Part shown: piece after piece, positions 55,100 through 64,000 of the stretch
Numbering within the stretch: position 1 is the first letter of the stretch
How the letters are laid out: every line of letters starts with the position of its first letter
Origin: an uncultured Bacteroidales bacterium
GTDB lineage: Bacteria > Bacteroidota > Bacteroidia > Bacteroidales > UBA10428
Reading direction: 5' to 3'
DNA length: 64,000 bases
Assembly: GCA_964618645.1 (NCBI GenBank)
Contig: CAZUBW010000004.1
Location: 523-64,522 of the forward strand
Made by a program: the position numbers and the translations under genes
The notes under the pieces: model-generated
Seen by the model: only the letters and a program-made list of their open reading frames with translations
Database searches by the model: none
Told to the model about the DNA's origin: nothing

Positions 55100-56260
55100 T
55101 CAGGGAATAATCAGTAAACGGTCCTGCTTTTCTTCCATCATTAAACGCGTCAGCACGTAATCCGAAATAAACCATCCCCCCGGCGTCATATAATACCTCC
55201 CATTTTCGCTCACAACATGCCCCGAAACAACAAAACGCTGGATATCGCGCGTAAATTGTTCAACAAAGAGCGTTCCGAAGTTTTCTTTGATAAACTGCAA
55301 ATCAGCGCCGGTGGAGGTTCGTAACGATACCATCAGGTACTCGTTGTAACGTGTAACGTCACTTAACTCTTCACGAACAGCATATTCCACATGGTTTTCA
55401 AGGGCCCTGATATACTGTTGCACATCTGCAATGTTCCACTGTCTGGCTTTGCCATTGTATGAATGAGCCGAAGGTCCTGCTCCGAGATAGTTTTGCTGCT
55501 GCCAGTACCCCGAATTATGCTTCGAATAATACCCCTCTCGTGCCAGGTTGGATATCTCATAGTGCCTAAATCCCTTTGCCAGGGCTGTTTCGTGCAACAT
55601 AAAAAACTGATCGGCGCATAGCTCTTCTTCGGGAAGCTTTATCAAGCCCTGTTTAAGCTGACGTGATAAACCCGTTCCCTCCTCAATGGTAAGCTGGTAT
55701 GCCGAAAGGTGTTCAATTTCCAGCGAAAAAGCCTTTTCGAATTGCTGCTGCCATGATGCCGGTTTCATACCAGGTAAACCGTATATCAGATCGATACTGA
55801 TATTTTTGAAACCCGACTTCCGTGCGTTGATTATGCACATCTCCGCCTGGGCAGCATTATGCCGGCGGTTTAATAATCGTAAATCATCATCGCTAAACGA
55901 CTGTATACCTACACTTAACCGGTTAACAGGGGTGGTGTTGTGTAATTCATGTAAATACGGCAAGGATAGGTCGTCGGGATTTGCTTCCAGGGTTATTTCA
56001 CAATCAACGGCAACCCGGTAAAGGCTGAAAATGTGATGCAGAAGATCGTCTATTTGTAAGGGTGTTAATAACGAAGGTGTTCCTCCACCGATGTAAATGG
56101 TCAACACCTCTTCGTTCAGCAAATAATCACGGCGTTCTTCCAGTTCTTTAAAAAGTGCCTGCAAGTACGATGGAATTCGCATCGTTTGTACACTTTTGTA
56201 AAAATCGCAGTAGCTGCAAAACTTTTTACAAAACGGTATATGTAAGTATATTCCCGCCAT
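55100..56260 (-). CDS. hemW: radical SAM heme chaperone HemW (HemN-like)
   Basis: YLHIPFCKKFCSYCDF (CxxxCxxC), GGGTPS, and a HemN C-terminal-like domain. ATG at 56260. Confidence 0.9.
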   Translation of the reverse strand: MAGIYLHIPFCKKFCSYCDFYKSVQTMRIPSYLQALFKELEERRDYLLNEEVLTIYIGGGTPSLLTPLQIDDLLHHIFSLYRVAVDCEITLEANPDDLSLPYLHELHNTTPVNRLSVGIQSFSDDDLRLLNRRHNAAQAEMCIINARKSGFKNISIDLIYGLPGMKPASWQQQFEKAFSLEIEHLSAYQLTIEEGTGLSRQLKQGLIKLPEEELCADQFFMLHETALAKGFRHYEISNLAREGYYSKHNSGYWQQQNYLGAGPSAHSYNGKARQWNIADVQQYIRALENHVEYAVREELSDVTRYNEYLMVSLRTSTGADLQFIKENFGTLFVEQFTRDIQRFVVSGHVVSENGRYYMTPGGWFISDYVLTRLMMEEKQDRLLIIP

Positions 56261-56394
56261 TGTGCAAAAGTGCAAATTATTTCAAACGCATGTTATTCAA
56301 CTTTGATTGTTTATGACTTATATAAAAAATGTAACTTTATACGCCTACTTCCAATACCCTTATTTATTGAATTGCTTCTAACAGGCAGATTTCC

Positions 56395-58902
56395 ATGAAA
56401 AAACACCTGCGTGTTCCCCGTAATGCTTCAAAAAGCAACCAAGTACCCATGCATGCCGAAGATATTCGCAGGCTGAATGAGCAGTTAACCCTTGCCAACG
56501 AGGAATTAAAAATAACAAATGAAGAACTGAAAGCCTATCAGAACAGGCTGGAAGAAATTGTTGCCATTCGTACACAAGAGGTTAAGAAAAAAGAGAAATC
56601 GCTCAATTATAAGAGCACCCTCGAAAAGTTACTTTTTGGCATTTCTACCCGTTTTTTCAATCTTTCGCCCGAACGTGTCGACGACAACATTGTACTTTCT
56701 TTGCAGGAAATAGGTGTTTTTTTCAGGGGCAATGCAGCTTTTTTGGGTGAAATCGTTTACTCCGAAAACGCGTATTGCATCACCCATGTCTGGAAAGGCG
56801 ACAGCGTTGACTATAATCACCAGTATTTCCAGAAAGCGCCGTTATCGGATATTCACTGGTGGCTTGATAAAATGAGCCAGCAGCGCGTTTTTACTGTCGA
56901 TTACCGCAAATCTGAAACATCTGAGTATGCCCTGAAAGATAAAGGTCTTCTGCACGGTACCGGCCTGATTACATTTGTCCCCATTATTTACCAGGGAAAT
57001 GTCGTTGGCTTCACCGGTTTCAATTTGCCGGACGAAAACCGAAAGTTGGATTCAGATGAGATATCCCTGCTGCACCAGATTGGAGAAATTTTCGTGAACG
57101 CTATAAAGCGTAAGGAAGCTGAAAAAATTCTGATTGAAAGTGAGCGGAATTACCGCGAGATTTTCAACGCAACCAGCGAAGCCATTATCATTTACGATTA
57201 CCACAATGCGCAGATCATCGATGTAAACCAGGCTGCCATTAAACTGTTCGGTTTATCGTATGACGAAGCGCTTACCGGGCGTATTGAGCATTACAGCAAT
57301 GTCAGTATGGGTTTTAACAGGGAATACATGTTCAGGCAAATACAAAAAACCATTGAAGAAGGTCCCATCGTGTTTGAATGGCAAATCCGGCGCAAAACCG
57401 GTGAACTGATCTGGACAGAAGTTTCCATGAAAAATACGGAAATTGGTGGGGACATGCGTATTGTTGCCGTTGTGCGTGATATTTCCGAACGTAAAAAATC
57501 GCAGGAAATCATTATGCAAAGCGAAGAAAGATTTCGCTCCATAGTGCAATTCCTTACCGATATCATCTGGATCATTGATGAAAAAGTTAACATCGTTTAT
57601 GAATCACCTTCCAGCTCTAATGTATTGGGATACCCGCCCGGTTTTCTGATTGGAAAACACGGCCTCGACCTGGTTCATACCGATGATATTCCCCTGGTGA
57701 TGCATGACCTGAAAGAAGTATTCCAGAAAAAGAACGACTACCTTCCAACCGAGTTCAGGGTCAGGAGCAAGGAGGGCAACTGGGTATCACTCGAAGTAAT
57801 CGCCAACAATATGCTCGATCATCCTGCGATCCAGGGTATCATTATCACCGGCAGAGACGTTACCGAACGCAGAAGGGTGGAAAAAGCCTTGAAAATCAGT
57901 GAAAACAAATTCAGGGACATCTTTAACAACAGCAGTGATGCCATTGTAATCCTGAACAATAAATACGATTTCCTCGAGGTGAACGAGGTTTTTCTTAAAG
58001 CGACAGGCTATACCCTCGAAGAAACGACCCAGATGAAACTTACCGACATCATCACCGATTCATACCTGCCCCAGTTTGTCGAAAAACTCGTTAAAATATT
58101 TCAGAACGAATACCAGCCTGCCTTGGAATGTGAAATCAAATGCCGTTCCAACAATGCCTTCCCGGCTGAAATAAACAGTAAATTAATTGAATACGAGGGA
58201 GAACGCGCACTGATTTCTGTTATTCGTGATATCACGGAAAGAAAACAAATCGAAAACAGGATCCTCGACACCATCATCTCCACAGAAGAAAAAGAAAGGG
58301 AGAAATTTGCCCGAAATCTCCACGACGAGCTCGGACCCCTGCTTTCCAGCATCAAAATGTACGTCAACTCCCTGTCCTCTTCCATCGATAAAAACAAGCA
58401 CGAATTCATCATTGAACAACTTAAAATCATCCTGACCGAAGTAATCCAAAGCACCAAAGAACTCTCCAACGACCTCAGTCCGCACATCCTGTCGAATTAC
58501 GGTCTCATGGCCGCGATGGAATGGTTTACCAATCAACTGAAACCCTATATTACCATCGAACTGGAATCCAATCTGAAAGACGAACGTTTCACCAGCTCAC
58601 TTGAACTTTCGCTGTACCGCATATTAAAAGAACTGATCAATAACACCGTTAAGCACGCCAATGCTAACAAAATAAACATAAAATTATACTATGTACTGAA
58701 ATCCATCCATCTTTACTATGCCGACAATGGAACAGGCTTTACGGCAAACATACAGAATAATTACGAATTGCTGGGTATGGGCATGTCTAACATTGTCAGC
58801 CGGTGCAGGTCTATTAATGCCACCAGCAAATTCTATAACCATTCGCCCCACGGCATGTCATTTGAACTGCAGGTCCACGTTGAAGAACCTATCGGATCAT
58901 AA
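56395..58902 (+). CDS. cytoplasmic multi-PAS sensor histidine kinase (HisKA_3/NarX-type transmitter)
   Basis: N-terminal coiled coil, a GAF-like region, and three PAS-like repeats (each ending ..RDITERK/RDVTERR). H-box ARNLHDELGPLLSSIKM. ATPase region ELINNTVKHA...DNGTGF. Confidence 0.85.
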   Translation: MKKHLRVPRNASKSNQVPMHAEDIRRLNEQLTLANEELKITNEELKAYQNRLEEIVAIRTQEVKKKEKSLNYKSTLEKLLFGISTRFFNLSPERVDDNIVLSLQEIGVFFRGNAAFLGEIVYSENAYCITHVWKGDSVDYNHQYFQKAPLSDIHWWLDKMSQQRVFTVDYRKSETSEYALKDKGLLHGTGLITFVPIIYQGNVVGFTGFNLPDENRKLDSDEISLLHQIGEIFVNAIKRKEAEKILIESERNYREIFNATSEAIIIYDYHNAQIIDVNQAAIKLFGLSYDEALTGRIEHYSNVSMGFNREYMFRQIQKTIEEGPIVFEWQIRRKTGELIWTEVSMKNTEIGGDMRIVAVVRDISERKKSQEIIMQSEERFRSIVQFLTDIIWIIDEKVNIVYESPSSSNVLGYPPGFLIGKHGLDLVHTDDIPLVMHDLKEVFQKKNDYLPTEFRVRSKEGNWVSLEVIANNMLDHPAIQGIIITGRDVTERRRVEKALKISENKFRDIFNNSSDAIVILNNKYDFLEVNEVFLKATGYTLEETTQMKLTDIITDSYLPQFVEKLVKIFQNEYQPALECEIKCRSNNAFPAEINSKLIEYEGERALISVIRDITERKQIENRILDTIISTEEKEREKFARNLHDELGPLLSSIKMYVNSLSSSIDKNKHEFIIEQLKIILTEVIQSTKELSNDLSPHILSNYGLMAAMEWFTNQLKPYITIELESNLKDERFTSSLELSLYRILKELINNTVKHANANKINIKLYYVLKSIHLYYADNGTGFTANIQNNYELLGMGMSNIVSRCRSINATSKFYNHSPHGMSFELQVHVEEPIGS

Positions 58903-58926
58903 GACCACCCTTAGCATCACAACCCT

Positions 58927-59559
58927 ATGAAAAAAACAGGACTTATACTGGTGGATGATCACCGTCTTTTCCGAAGTGGTTTAAAATACATACTCGAGGC
59001 AACCGGCAAATATACGGTGCTGGCCGAAGCCTCGAACGGAATAGAATTTCTGGAATTACTTAAAACCGTTACCCCCGACCTGGTGATTATGGATATCAAT
59101 ATGCCTGTGATGAATGGTTTAGCGGCATCACGTTTGGCACTGGAAAAAAACCCGGCTACAAAAATACTGATACTCACCATGTACGGCGACAGGGATTTAT
59201 ACCAGAGATTGCTCGACATGGGTATAAAAGGCTATGTCCTTAAAGATGCTGATAACGAGGAATTGTTGCTGGCCATTCAAAAAGTACTTGCTGGTGATGC
59301 CTATTTCTCCCAGGAACTTCTGCTGAATGTGATCCGCGAAAGCATGACTGCTGCTCCGGTAGTATTATCTGCCCGTGAAAAGGAAGTGCTGACCTTAATA
59401 GCCGAGGGACTTTCGAATCACGAAATTGCCGGCCGATTGAAGCTAAGCCAGCGAACCGTTGAAAGACACCGTACCAATCTGTTGGAAAAAACCGGTTCAA
59501 AAAACTCCGTCAGACTGATAATCTATGCCTTAAAAAACAAATGGTTATCCCTGGAATGA
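58927..59559 (+). CDS. NarL/FixJ-family response regulator (REC + LuxR HTH)
   Basis: LVDDH...DLVIMDINMP...ILTMY. C-terminal LSAREKEVLTLIAEGLSNHEIAGRLKLSQRTVERHRTNLLEK. Confidence 0.9.
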   Translation: MKKTGLILVDDHRLFRSGLKYILEATGKYTVLAEASNGIEFLELLKTVTPDLVIMDINMPVMNGLAASRLALEKNPATKILILTMYGDRDLYQRLLDMGIKGYVLKDADNEELLLAIQKVLAGDAYFSQELLLNVIRESMTAAPVVLSAREKEVLTLIAEGLSNHEIAGRLKLSQRTVERHRTNLLEKTGSKNSVRLIIYALKNKWLSLE

Positions 59560-59663
59560 CGGTTTATACGCATTTACTTACGTCGGTTTATTCACATTTT
59601 TGAATAAGTATATATCCCGGGAATTTAAGTAGTTTTTCTCTTATTTGTCGGGACTTATTAATC

Positions 59664-59792
59664 TATATTTGTAAAACACTAAAGCAAAAACATGCCATTC
59701 ATATAGATGGTACAAAATATTTAAGATAGGGTTTGGTTGGATTTAGGTAGGAAAGCGGGGAGTTGGTTTTACTGACTTCCCGCTGGATTTTT
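59664..59792 (+). ncRNA. candidate small RNA unit (promoter box to intrinsic terminator), unverified
   Basis: TATATTTG box at 59664-59671. About 85 nt downstream is a 10-bp GC-rich stem (59754-59763 / 59775-59784, one G.U pair) followed by GGATTTTT. No credible ORF lies between them. Confidence 0.3.
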
Positions 59793-59845
59793 AGGGCGTT
59801 TGCAATGCTTTTTATCTTAAATTATGTTTTACGTTTTTTTGATAT

Positions 59846-59853
59846 TATATTTG
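59846..59853 (+). promoter_or_regulatory. -7 box TATATTTG upstream of the REC-only gene
   Basis: TAnnTTTG match 78 nt before the ATG at 59932. Confidence 0.5.
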
Positions 59854-59931
59854 TTACTGCTACAGGTAAATTTTATATATTGTGTAATGGTACACGCCGG
59901 GATTGGATGGTGATTTTAAATACGGGGCTGG

Positions 59932-60312
59932 ATGAGAAAACTGAAAATAATGATCGTTGACGACAATCCCCACTTTGTCAATGCGCTTAAATTCATGTTG
60001 TTGGATTTTTTTGAAGACAGGGTGGAATCGGTTTCAACAGCCACTGATGGAAAAGAATGCCTTGACCAGCTGAAAAACAAAGTTTGTGATTTCGTTTTTA
60101 TGGATATCAACATGCCAAATATGAATGGCATTGAAGCAACACGACAGGCCACTATTCTCTACAGAAACCTTATAGTCATTGCCGTTTCGTTTCATTCCGA
60201 AATGAAATACGTAGTGCAGATGATCGAAGCTGGTGCACGCAGCTATATTATCAAGGATGAAATCAGCCGTGAATCACTCGAAAAGGCCCTGGCCATAGAA
60301 TACACGTTTTAA
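59932..60312 (+). CDS. stand-alone receiver (CheY-like) protein
   Basis: IMIVDDN...DFVFMDINMPNMNG...AVSFH...YIIKD. No output domain. Confidence 0.8.
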   Translation: MRKLKIMIVDDNPHFVNALKFMLLDFFEDRVESVSTATDGKECLDQLKNKVCDFVFMDINMPNMNGIEATRQATILYRNLIVIAVSFHSEMKYVVQMIEAGARSYIIKDEISRESLEKALAIEYTF

Positions 60313-60437
60313 GAACCGTTTCCCGGGTTTCGTAAATGCGCTGAATACTTTCCAGGCAGTATGCGTTGATAACTTTCGCAAAACCACCAACAATAGCATC
60401 TTTAATTCGGGTATTTTTGTGTTAAATCTGTTCCCAT

Positions 60438-60812
60438 ATGATTACTGCCATTCAAGAAACCCGTTTTTCTCCTGCTGTCAAAATCATAGCTGCCGAACAC
60501 CGTATTGTCATCATAGGACAATCGAGGCTGGAAGATCCTGCTCCTTTTTTCGAGGAATTGATTGCCGTGCTTTATAAAGGCATTAACGAATGCAGAACCC
60601 TTGTTTCCATCGATTTTACCTTGCAATACATGAACTCCAGTTCTTCAAAATGGCTCTTACATTTGTTAAAAGGAATACAAAAAGACTTCCAGGGGAAAAA
60701 ACTGATCACCATTAATTGGTACTACGACGAGGAGGATGACAGTATGCTCGAAGCAGGCGAAGTATTCCAGTCATTGCTCACCCTGCCCTTTAACCTGCTG
60801 GTTACACGTTAA
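60438..60812 (+). CDS. SiaC-like (DUF1987) regulatory phosphoprotein homologue
   Basis: 124 aa. FSPAV...IIGQSRLEDPAPFFEELI...IDFTLQYMNSSSSKWLLHLL...INWYYDEEDDSMLEAGEVF...LPFN. This parallels the SiaC pattern as I recall it (TP.I..G.S.PEN...L.YLNTSSIK...W.YD...E..EEF...PF). Confidence 0.7.
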   Translation: MITAIQETRFSPAVKIIAAEHRIVIIGQSRLEDPAPFFEELIAVLYKGINECRTLVSIDFTLQYMNSSSSKWLLHLLKGIQKDFQGKKLITINWYYDEEDDSMLEAGEVFQSLLTLPFNLLVTR

Positions 60813-60916
60813 ATAACCAGCATTACCATTTTCGGGCCCTTTAATGATATAACATTTCAGGTTAGTTTAACGTTTCAATAAAAAATGGCGTTGGTCTAAA
60901 CTTTAACATTTGCTGT

Positions 60917-61603
60917 ATGAAAAATACCATTGCATCCCTCGTTATGATGTTGCTTTGCCTAAGTACCGTTAACGCCCAGACACCCATAACACGTGATCTG
61001 GAACCTTTTTCCGGACTTACTGTCGGAGACCGGATCATTGTCCGCCTGGTAAAATCCGATAAGGAATCTGCCGTTATTCAGGTTCAGGGTATTGATGCCG
61101 CTGCTGTTAAAACTGAAATCAATGCAGGCGAACTGGAAATCAGTATTTACGGAGAACCCTTCACCAAAAAGAAAGTAATGATTACCCTTCACTATGTTAC
61201 GTTGAATTCCATAACGGTGAACGGCGGTGCTGAAGTAACCACCACATCACTCTGCAAAGCTGATAATCTCAGTGTTGATCTGAAGAGTGGCGGTATGCTT
61301 TACCTTGATGCCGATATTGGCCGGCTGAACGGAAAAATTGCGGAAGGGGCTATTCTTACTGCCGAAGGTTATGCTGTAGTCATGGATATGTTGGTTTCAT
61401 CCACAGCCACCTTGTCGGCCTATGAGCTGGAATGTGACACGGTTAAAATAAAAGCAGTTACCGGAGGCAAAGCCAAAATATATGTGGAGAAAACGCTCGA
61501 TGCCGAAGCCCTCTCAAAAGGTTTTGTTTCCTACAAAGGTAATCCGCCATCTGTCACCCGAAATGCCACATCCGGCGGCACCATTTCAGTATATGAGCCT
61601 TAA
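60917..61603 (+). CDS. GIN-domain (DUF2807) putative beta-helical surface protein
   Basis: Signal MKNTIASLVMMLLCLSTVNAQ. FSGLTVGDRIIVRLVKSDKESAVIQVQG opening, and repeated short beta-strand segments typical of DUF2807. Confidence 0.65.
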   Translation: MKNTIASLVMMLLCLSTVNAQTPITRDLEPFSGLTVGDRIIVRLVKSDKESAVIQVQGIDAAAVKTEINAGELEISIYGEPFTKKKVMITLHYVTLNSITVNGGAEVTTTSLCKADNLSVDLKSGGMLYLDADIGRLNGKIAEGAILTAEGYAVVMDMLVSSTATLSAYELECDTVKIKAVTGGKAKIYVEKTLDAEALSKGFVSYKGNPPSVTRNATSGGTISVYEP

Positions 61604-62277
61604 ATCCTCCTGCCCGAAGAAAGCAATGCCGATGCTATGTCCAGGTCGCGCTGAAACGTAATTTTCAGGTTATCCATATTACCTTCAACCAGGTGAATGG
61701 TAACACCCAGCGATTCCACCACAACTGCATCATCGGTAAAAACAGGCTTGTATTCCTGTGCATAAGCTCTTTTTATCAGGCTTCCGCTGAATACCTGGGG
61801 TGTTTGTATCAGCCGGTAATCCGAACGGTCAACCCATTCATTCCTTCCGTCGGTAATTCGTCTGAGGGTTTCAGGTATACCTACACAGGGAACAGCATTT
61901 CCGGTTTTTGCAGCCTGTTCAAAGCACCGGCTGATGGTTTCTCCATCTATCAAGGGACGTACCCCGTCGTGAATCGCAACAAGCGATTCATCAGGAATGT
62001 GTTCCAAATTATTTTTCACGGACTGGAACCTGGTTTCCCCTCCCATTCCCAGCTCATGCCGCTCTTTAAAATCATGATCTTTGCAAAGCTTCTTCCAGGT
62101 ATCCAACAGCATTTCAGGTAATACTACTTTGATCGGCATGTTCTTGTCGAAATTACTGAACGCCTTAATGGTATGCATCAATACGGGATAGCCGCCCAGT
62201 AACATGAATTGCTTGGGCATAACTGCGTTCATCCGGGTACCTGCTCCACCTGCAACGATAATGGCAATTTTTTCCAC
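61600..62277 (-). CDS. ispD: 2-C-methyl-D-erythritol 4-phosphate cytidylyltransferase
   Basis: AIIVAGGAGTRM, KQF..LGG.P, VAIHDGVRP, and QTPQVF. Confidence 0.9.
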   Translation of the reverse strand: MEKIAIIVAGGAGTRMNAVMPKQFMLLGGYPVLMHTIKAFSNFDKNMPIKVVLPEMLLDTWKKLCKDHDFKERHELGMGGETRFQSVKNNLEHIPDESLVAIHDGVRPLIDGETISRCFEQAAKTGNAVPCVGIPETLRRITDGRNEWVDRSDYRLIQTPQVFSGSLIKRAYAQEYKPVFTDDAVVVESLGVTIHLVEGNMDNLKITFQRDLDIASALLSSGRRI

Positions 62278-62355
62278 ACTGCTCCTAAATGAAATTTAAG
62301 TTCTAAATTTACTAAAATTCTGCTTTATCTGTTTTACTTAACCCTTATCCATCAT

Positions 62356-63024
62356 ATGATCAGCAAAAGTATCTTTGTATTCCTCAGGGAACTGAAAGAA
62401 AACAATACTAAACAGTGGTTTGACGAAAACCGTGACCACTATCAAATGTTGCGCGGTGAGTTTGTAGATTTCATTAACGGCCTGATCGCCGAGATCGGTT
62501 TGTTTGATAAAGAAATAGGCCCTGTTTCAGCAAAAGACTGTATTTTCAGAATTAACCGCGACATCCGGTTTTCATCCGATAAATCACCCTATAAAACCAA
62601 TTTTGGAGCTTTTATGGCAAATGGAGGACGAAATAGCGGAAATGCCGGTTACTACCTTCATATCGAACCCGAAAACTGTTTTCTGGCAGGCGGAATATAC
62701 ATGCCTTCTCCTCCTGTACTGAAATCCATAAGAAAAAGTATTTATGATCATTTTGATGAATTTATGAAAATACTGTCGGAACCCTCATTTAAAAAGCATT
62801 TTGGCCATGAATTATGGGGAGAGCAATTGAAAACAGTCCCCCAGGGATATCCGAAAGATTTCCCCGGCATAAACTATTTGCGATTCAAACAGTTTACCGT
62901 ATTGAAAAACATCCCCGACAGTTTATATTTGAAACCCGGGTATGTTAATGAAGTTTTGCAGGCTTTTCGTGCAATGGCGCCTTTCAATGCTTTTCTGAAC
63001 CACGCAGTAAAGGCATTAGCATAA
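62356..63024 (+). CDS. DUF2461 (TIGR02453) family protein
   Basis: FLRELKENNTKQWFDENRDHYQ, FRINRDIRFSSDKSPYKT, and YYLHIEP. Confidence 0.75.
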   Translation: MISKSIFVFLRELKENNTKQWFDENRDHYQMLRGEFVDFINGLIAEIGLFDKEIGPVSAKDCIFRINRDIRFSSDKSPYKTNFGAFMANGGRNSGNAGYYLHIEPENCFLAGGIYMPSPPVLKSIRKSIYDHFDEFMKILSEPSFKKHFGHELWGEQLKTVPQGYPKDFPGINYLRFKQFTVLKNIPDSLYLKPGYVNEVLQAFRAMAPFNAFLNHAVKALA

Positions 63025-63038
63025 ATTACAGGTGGTTG

Positions 63039-63731
63039 CTAAACCAGTTTTCTGATTTCAGCTGCTTTCAGTACCAAATGTACAATTTCTTCAATGGTAA
63101 AAGTCATACAATTGATATTCAGATCAAAGCGGGTATAATCTGTATCTTTCCCCTGGAAATATTCCCTGAATTCTTTCCGCTTCCTGTCTATATCAATAAT
63201 GGCCTTTTTAGCCTCTTCTTCGGAAATTTTATAGTTTTCAGCAACCCTTACGATGCGCCACTCCATTGGCGCCTCCAGGTTGACATGCAATGAACGGGGC
63301 ATGTCGCGCGTTATGGCTACTCCACCCCTTCCCACAATAATTACATTTCCTTCGCAGGCCATGTTGCGGATAACTTTGGCAATGGTGTTTCTTATCTTTT
63401 TCTCACTTTTGTAATACTTGTTGAACTGCGCTGTTATAATGTCGTCCACAAGACTTTTCTGCTCGTATTGAAATACATATTTGATCTTTTCAGGATCAAT
63501 TTCCAGCGCCTTGGCCGATTCAGCCATGATCTCCTTGGTAACATAACGCCACCTGGCATCTTTGCCTTTCACAAACAGTTTCCGTGTTAGCTCTTCTGAA
63601 AGCCTCGAAGCAATAATTTTGGCCGGGCATCCGTATTCCCTCGAAATGGTGATCACCGGACCTGCCTCCCTGCCTTTCCCGCCTTCTTCGTGAATGCGAT
63701 CCGACACGTATTTTAACAGATCAATGTTCAT
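63039..63731 (-). CDS. cytidylate kinase-like family protein
   Basis: VITISREYGCPAKIIASRLSEEL opening and the GRGG region IIVGRGGVAI. Confidence 0.75.
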   Translation of the reverse strand: MNIDLLKYVSDRIHEEGGKGREAGPVITISREYGCPAKIIASRLSEELTRKLFVKGKDARWRYVTKEIMAESAKALEIDPEKIKYVFQYEQKSLVDDIITAQFNKYYKSEKKIRNTIAKVIRNMACEGNVIIVGRGGVAITRDMPRSLHVNLEAPMEWRIVRVAENYKISEEEAKKAIIDIDRKRKEFREYFQGKDTDYTRFDLNINCMTFTIEEIVHLVLKAAEIRKLV

Positions 63732-63880
63732 AATGTAGGTTGTTCTTCAACTAATTTTTAAATATACACATTATTTTTCAATTTTCCGCATACCAGGGTT
63801 TACATTGTATTTCCCGGATTCGCTTGTTACAAGGCTGTCTGAATAATTACCGGTTGCCTGAAGGTTGTGCAAAATTCTGC

Positions 63881-63888
63881 TAATTTTG
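63881..63888 (+). promoter_or_regulatory. -7 box TAATTTTG upstream of apt
   Basis: TAnnTTTG match 19 nt before the ATG at 63908. Confidence 0.6.
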
Positions 63889-63907
63889 TAACAAACTACA
63901 ATCAGTA

Positions 63908-64000
63908 ATGCATTCCATAATTACCGAAAACATCAGCAACGCCATCCGGAATATTCCGGATTTCCCGGTTAAAGGCATACAGTTTAAAGATATTACAACC
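63908..64000 (+). CDS. apt: adenine phosphoribosyltransferase, 5' end (partial, runs off the window)
   Basis: MHSIITENISNAIRNIPDFPVKGIQFKDITT matches the conserved Apt N-terminus (IR.IPDFP..GI.F.DIT). Preceded by a TAATTTTG box. Confidence 0.8.
   Translation, partial: MHSIITENISNAIRNIPDFPVKGIQFKDITT

Noticed and set aside
63825-63865. AAGGCTGTCTGAATAATTACCGG upstream of apt, which resembles the terminal GAGGCTGTCTAAAAAGTCCGATAAT of the repeat family.
   Set aside because: Only ~15 nt are similar, and neither the GTCATTGCGAACGAAG core nor the inverted partner is present. It may be a relic, but that cannot be shown.

Overview
This 64-kb window looks like chromosomal DNA from a Bacteroidota-type organism. 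The markers are a gldH gliding lipoprotein gene, a protein with a T9SS C-terminal sorting domain, the long form of IspG, and many TAnnTTTG -7 promoter boxes 20-45 nt upstream of start codons. Most of the window is densely packed housekeeping genes: ispG, ispD, cysS, cysE, cysK, pgk, gpmA, proC, lgt, trmB, holB, hemW, apbC, nifU-like, mtnA, mtnP, yhhQ and the 5' end of apt. I found no rRNA, tRNA, CRISPR array, transposase, integrase or recognisable defence gene.

The parts that deserve a second look are:
1. A tightly coupled Hdr-like redox operon (nt 1-4709). It combines HdrA/B/C-like soluble parts with a single-polypeptide membrane HdrE/D (DsrM/K)-like fusion.
2. A visibly AT-rich accessory block (about 9.5-19.8 kb) wedged between ispG and cysS. 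It holds a predicted lipid-linked glycosylation system: FdtA/FdtC/FdtB-like 3-acetamido-3,6-dideoxyhexose genes, a GtrB/ArnC-type GT2, and a divergent YfhO-like polytopic protein with an extra 270-aa C-terminal domain. It also holds a two-gene secreted cassette (a tail-fibre-like protein and a 764-aa T9SS cargo of unknown function).
3. A family of about 130-220-bp palindromic intergenic repeats, with four copies. Two of them bracket a two-gene thioredoxin-fold cassette.
4. A LiaF-like/LytS-type/LytTR module divergent from a pair of zinc-ribbon membrane proteins, one of which is a CPBP protease.
5. A signalling cluster (PAS kinase, NarL-type regulator, REC-only protein, SiaC/DUF1987-like protein, GIN-domain protein) with a candidate promoter-to-terminator small RNA in its internal gap.

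All functional calls rest on motifs read by eye from the supplied translations. No database search or structure prediction was possible, so family assignments are recollection-based and need HMM/BLAST confirmation.
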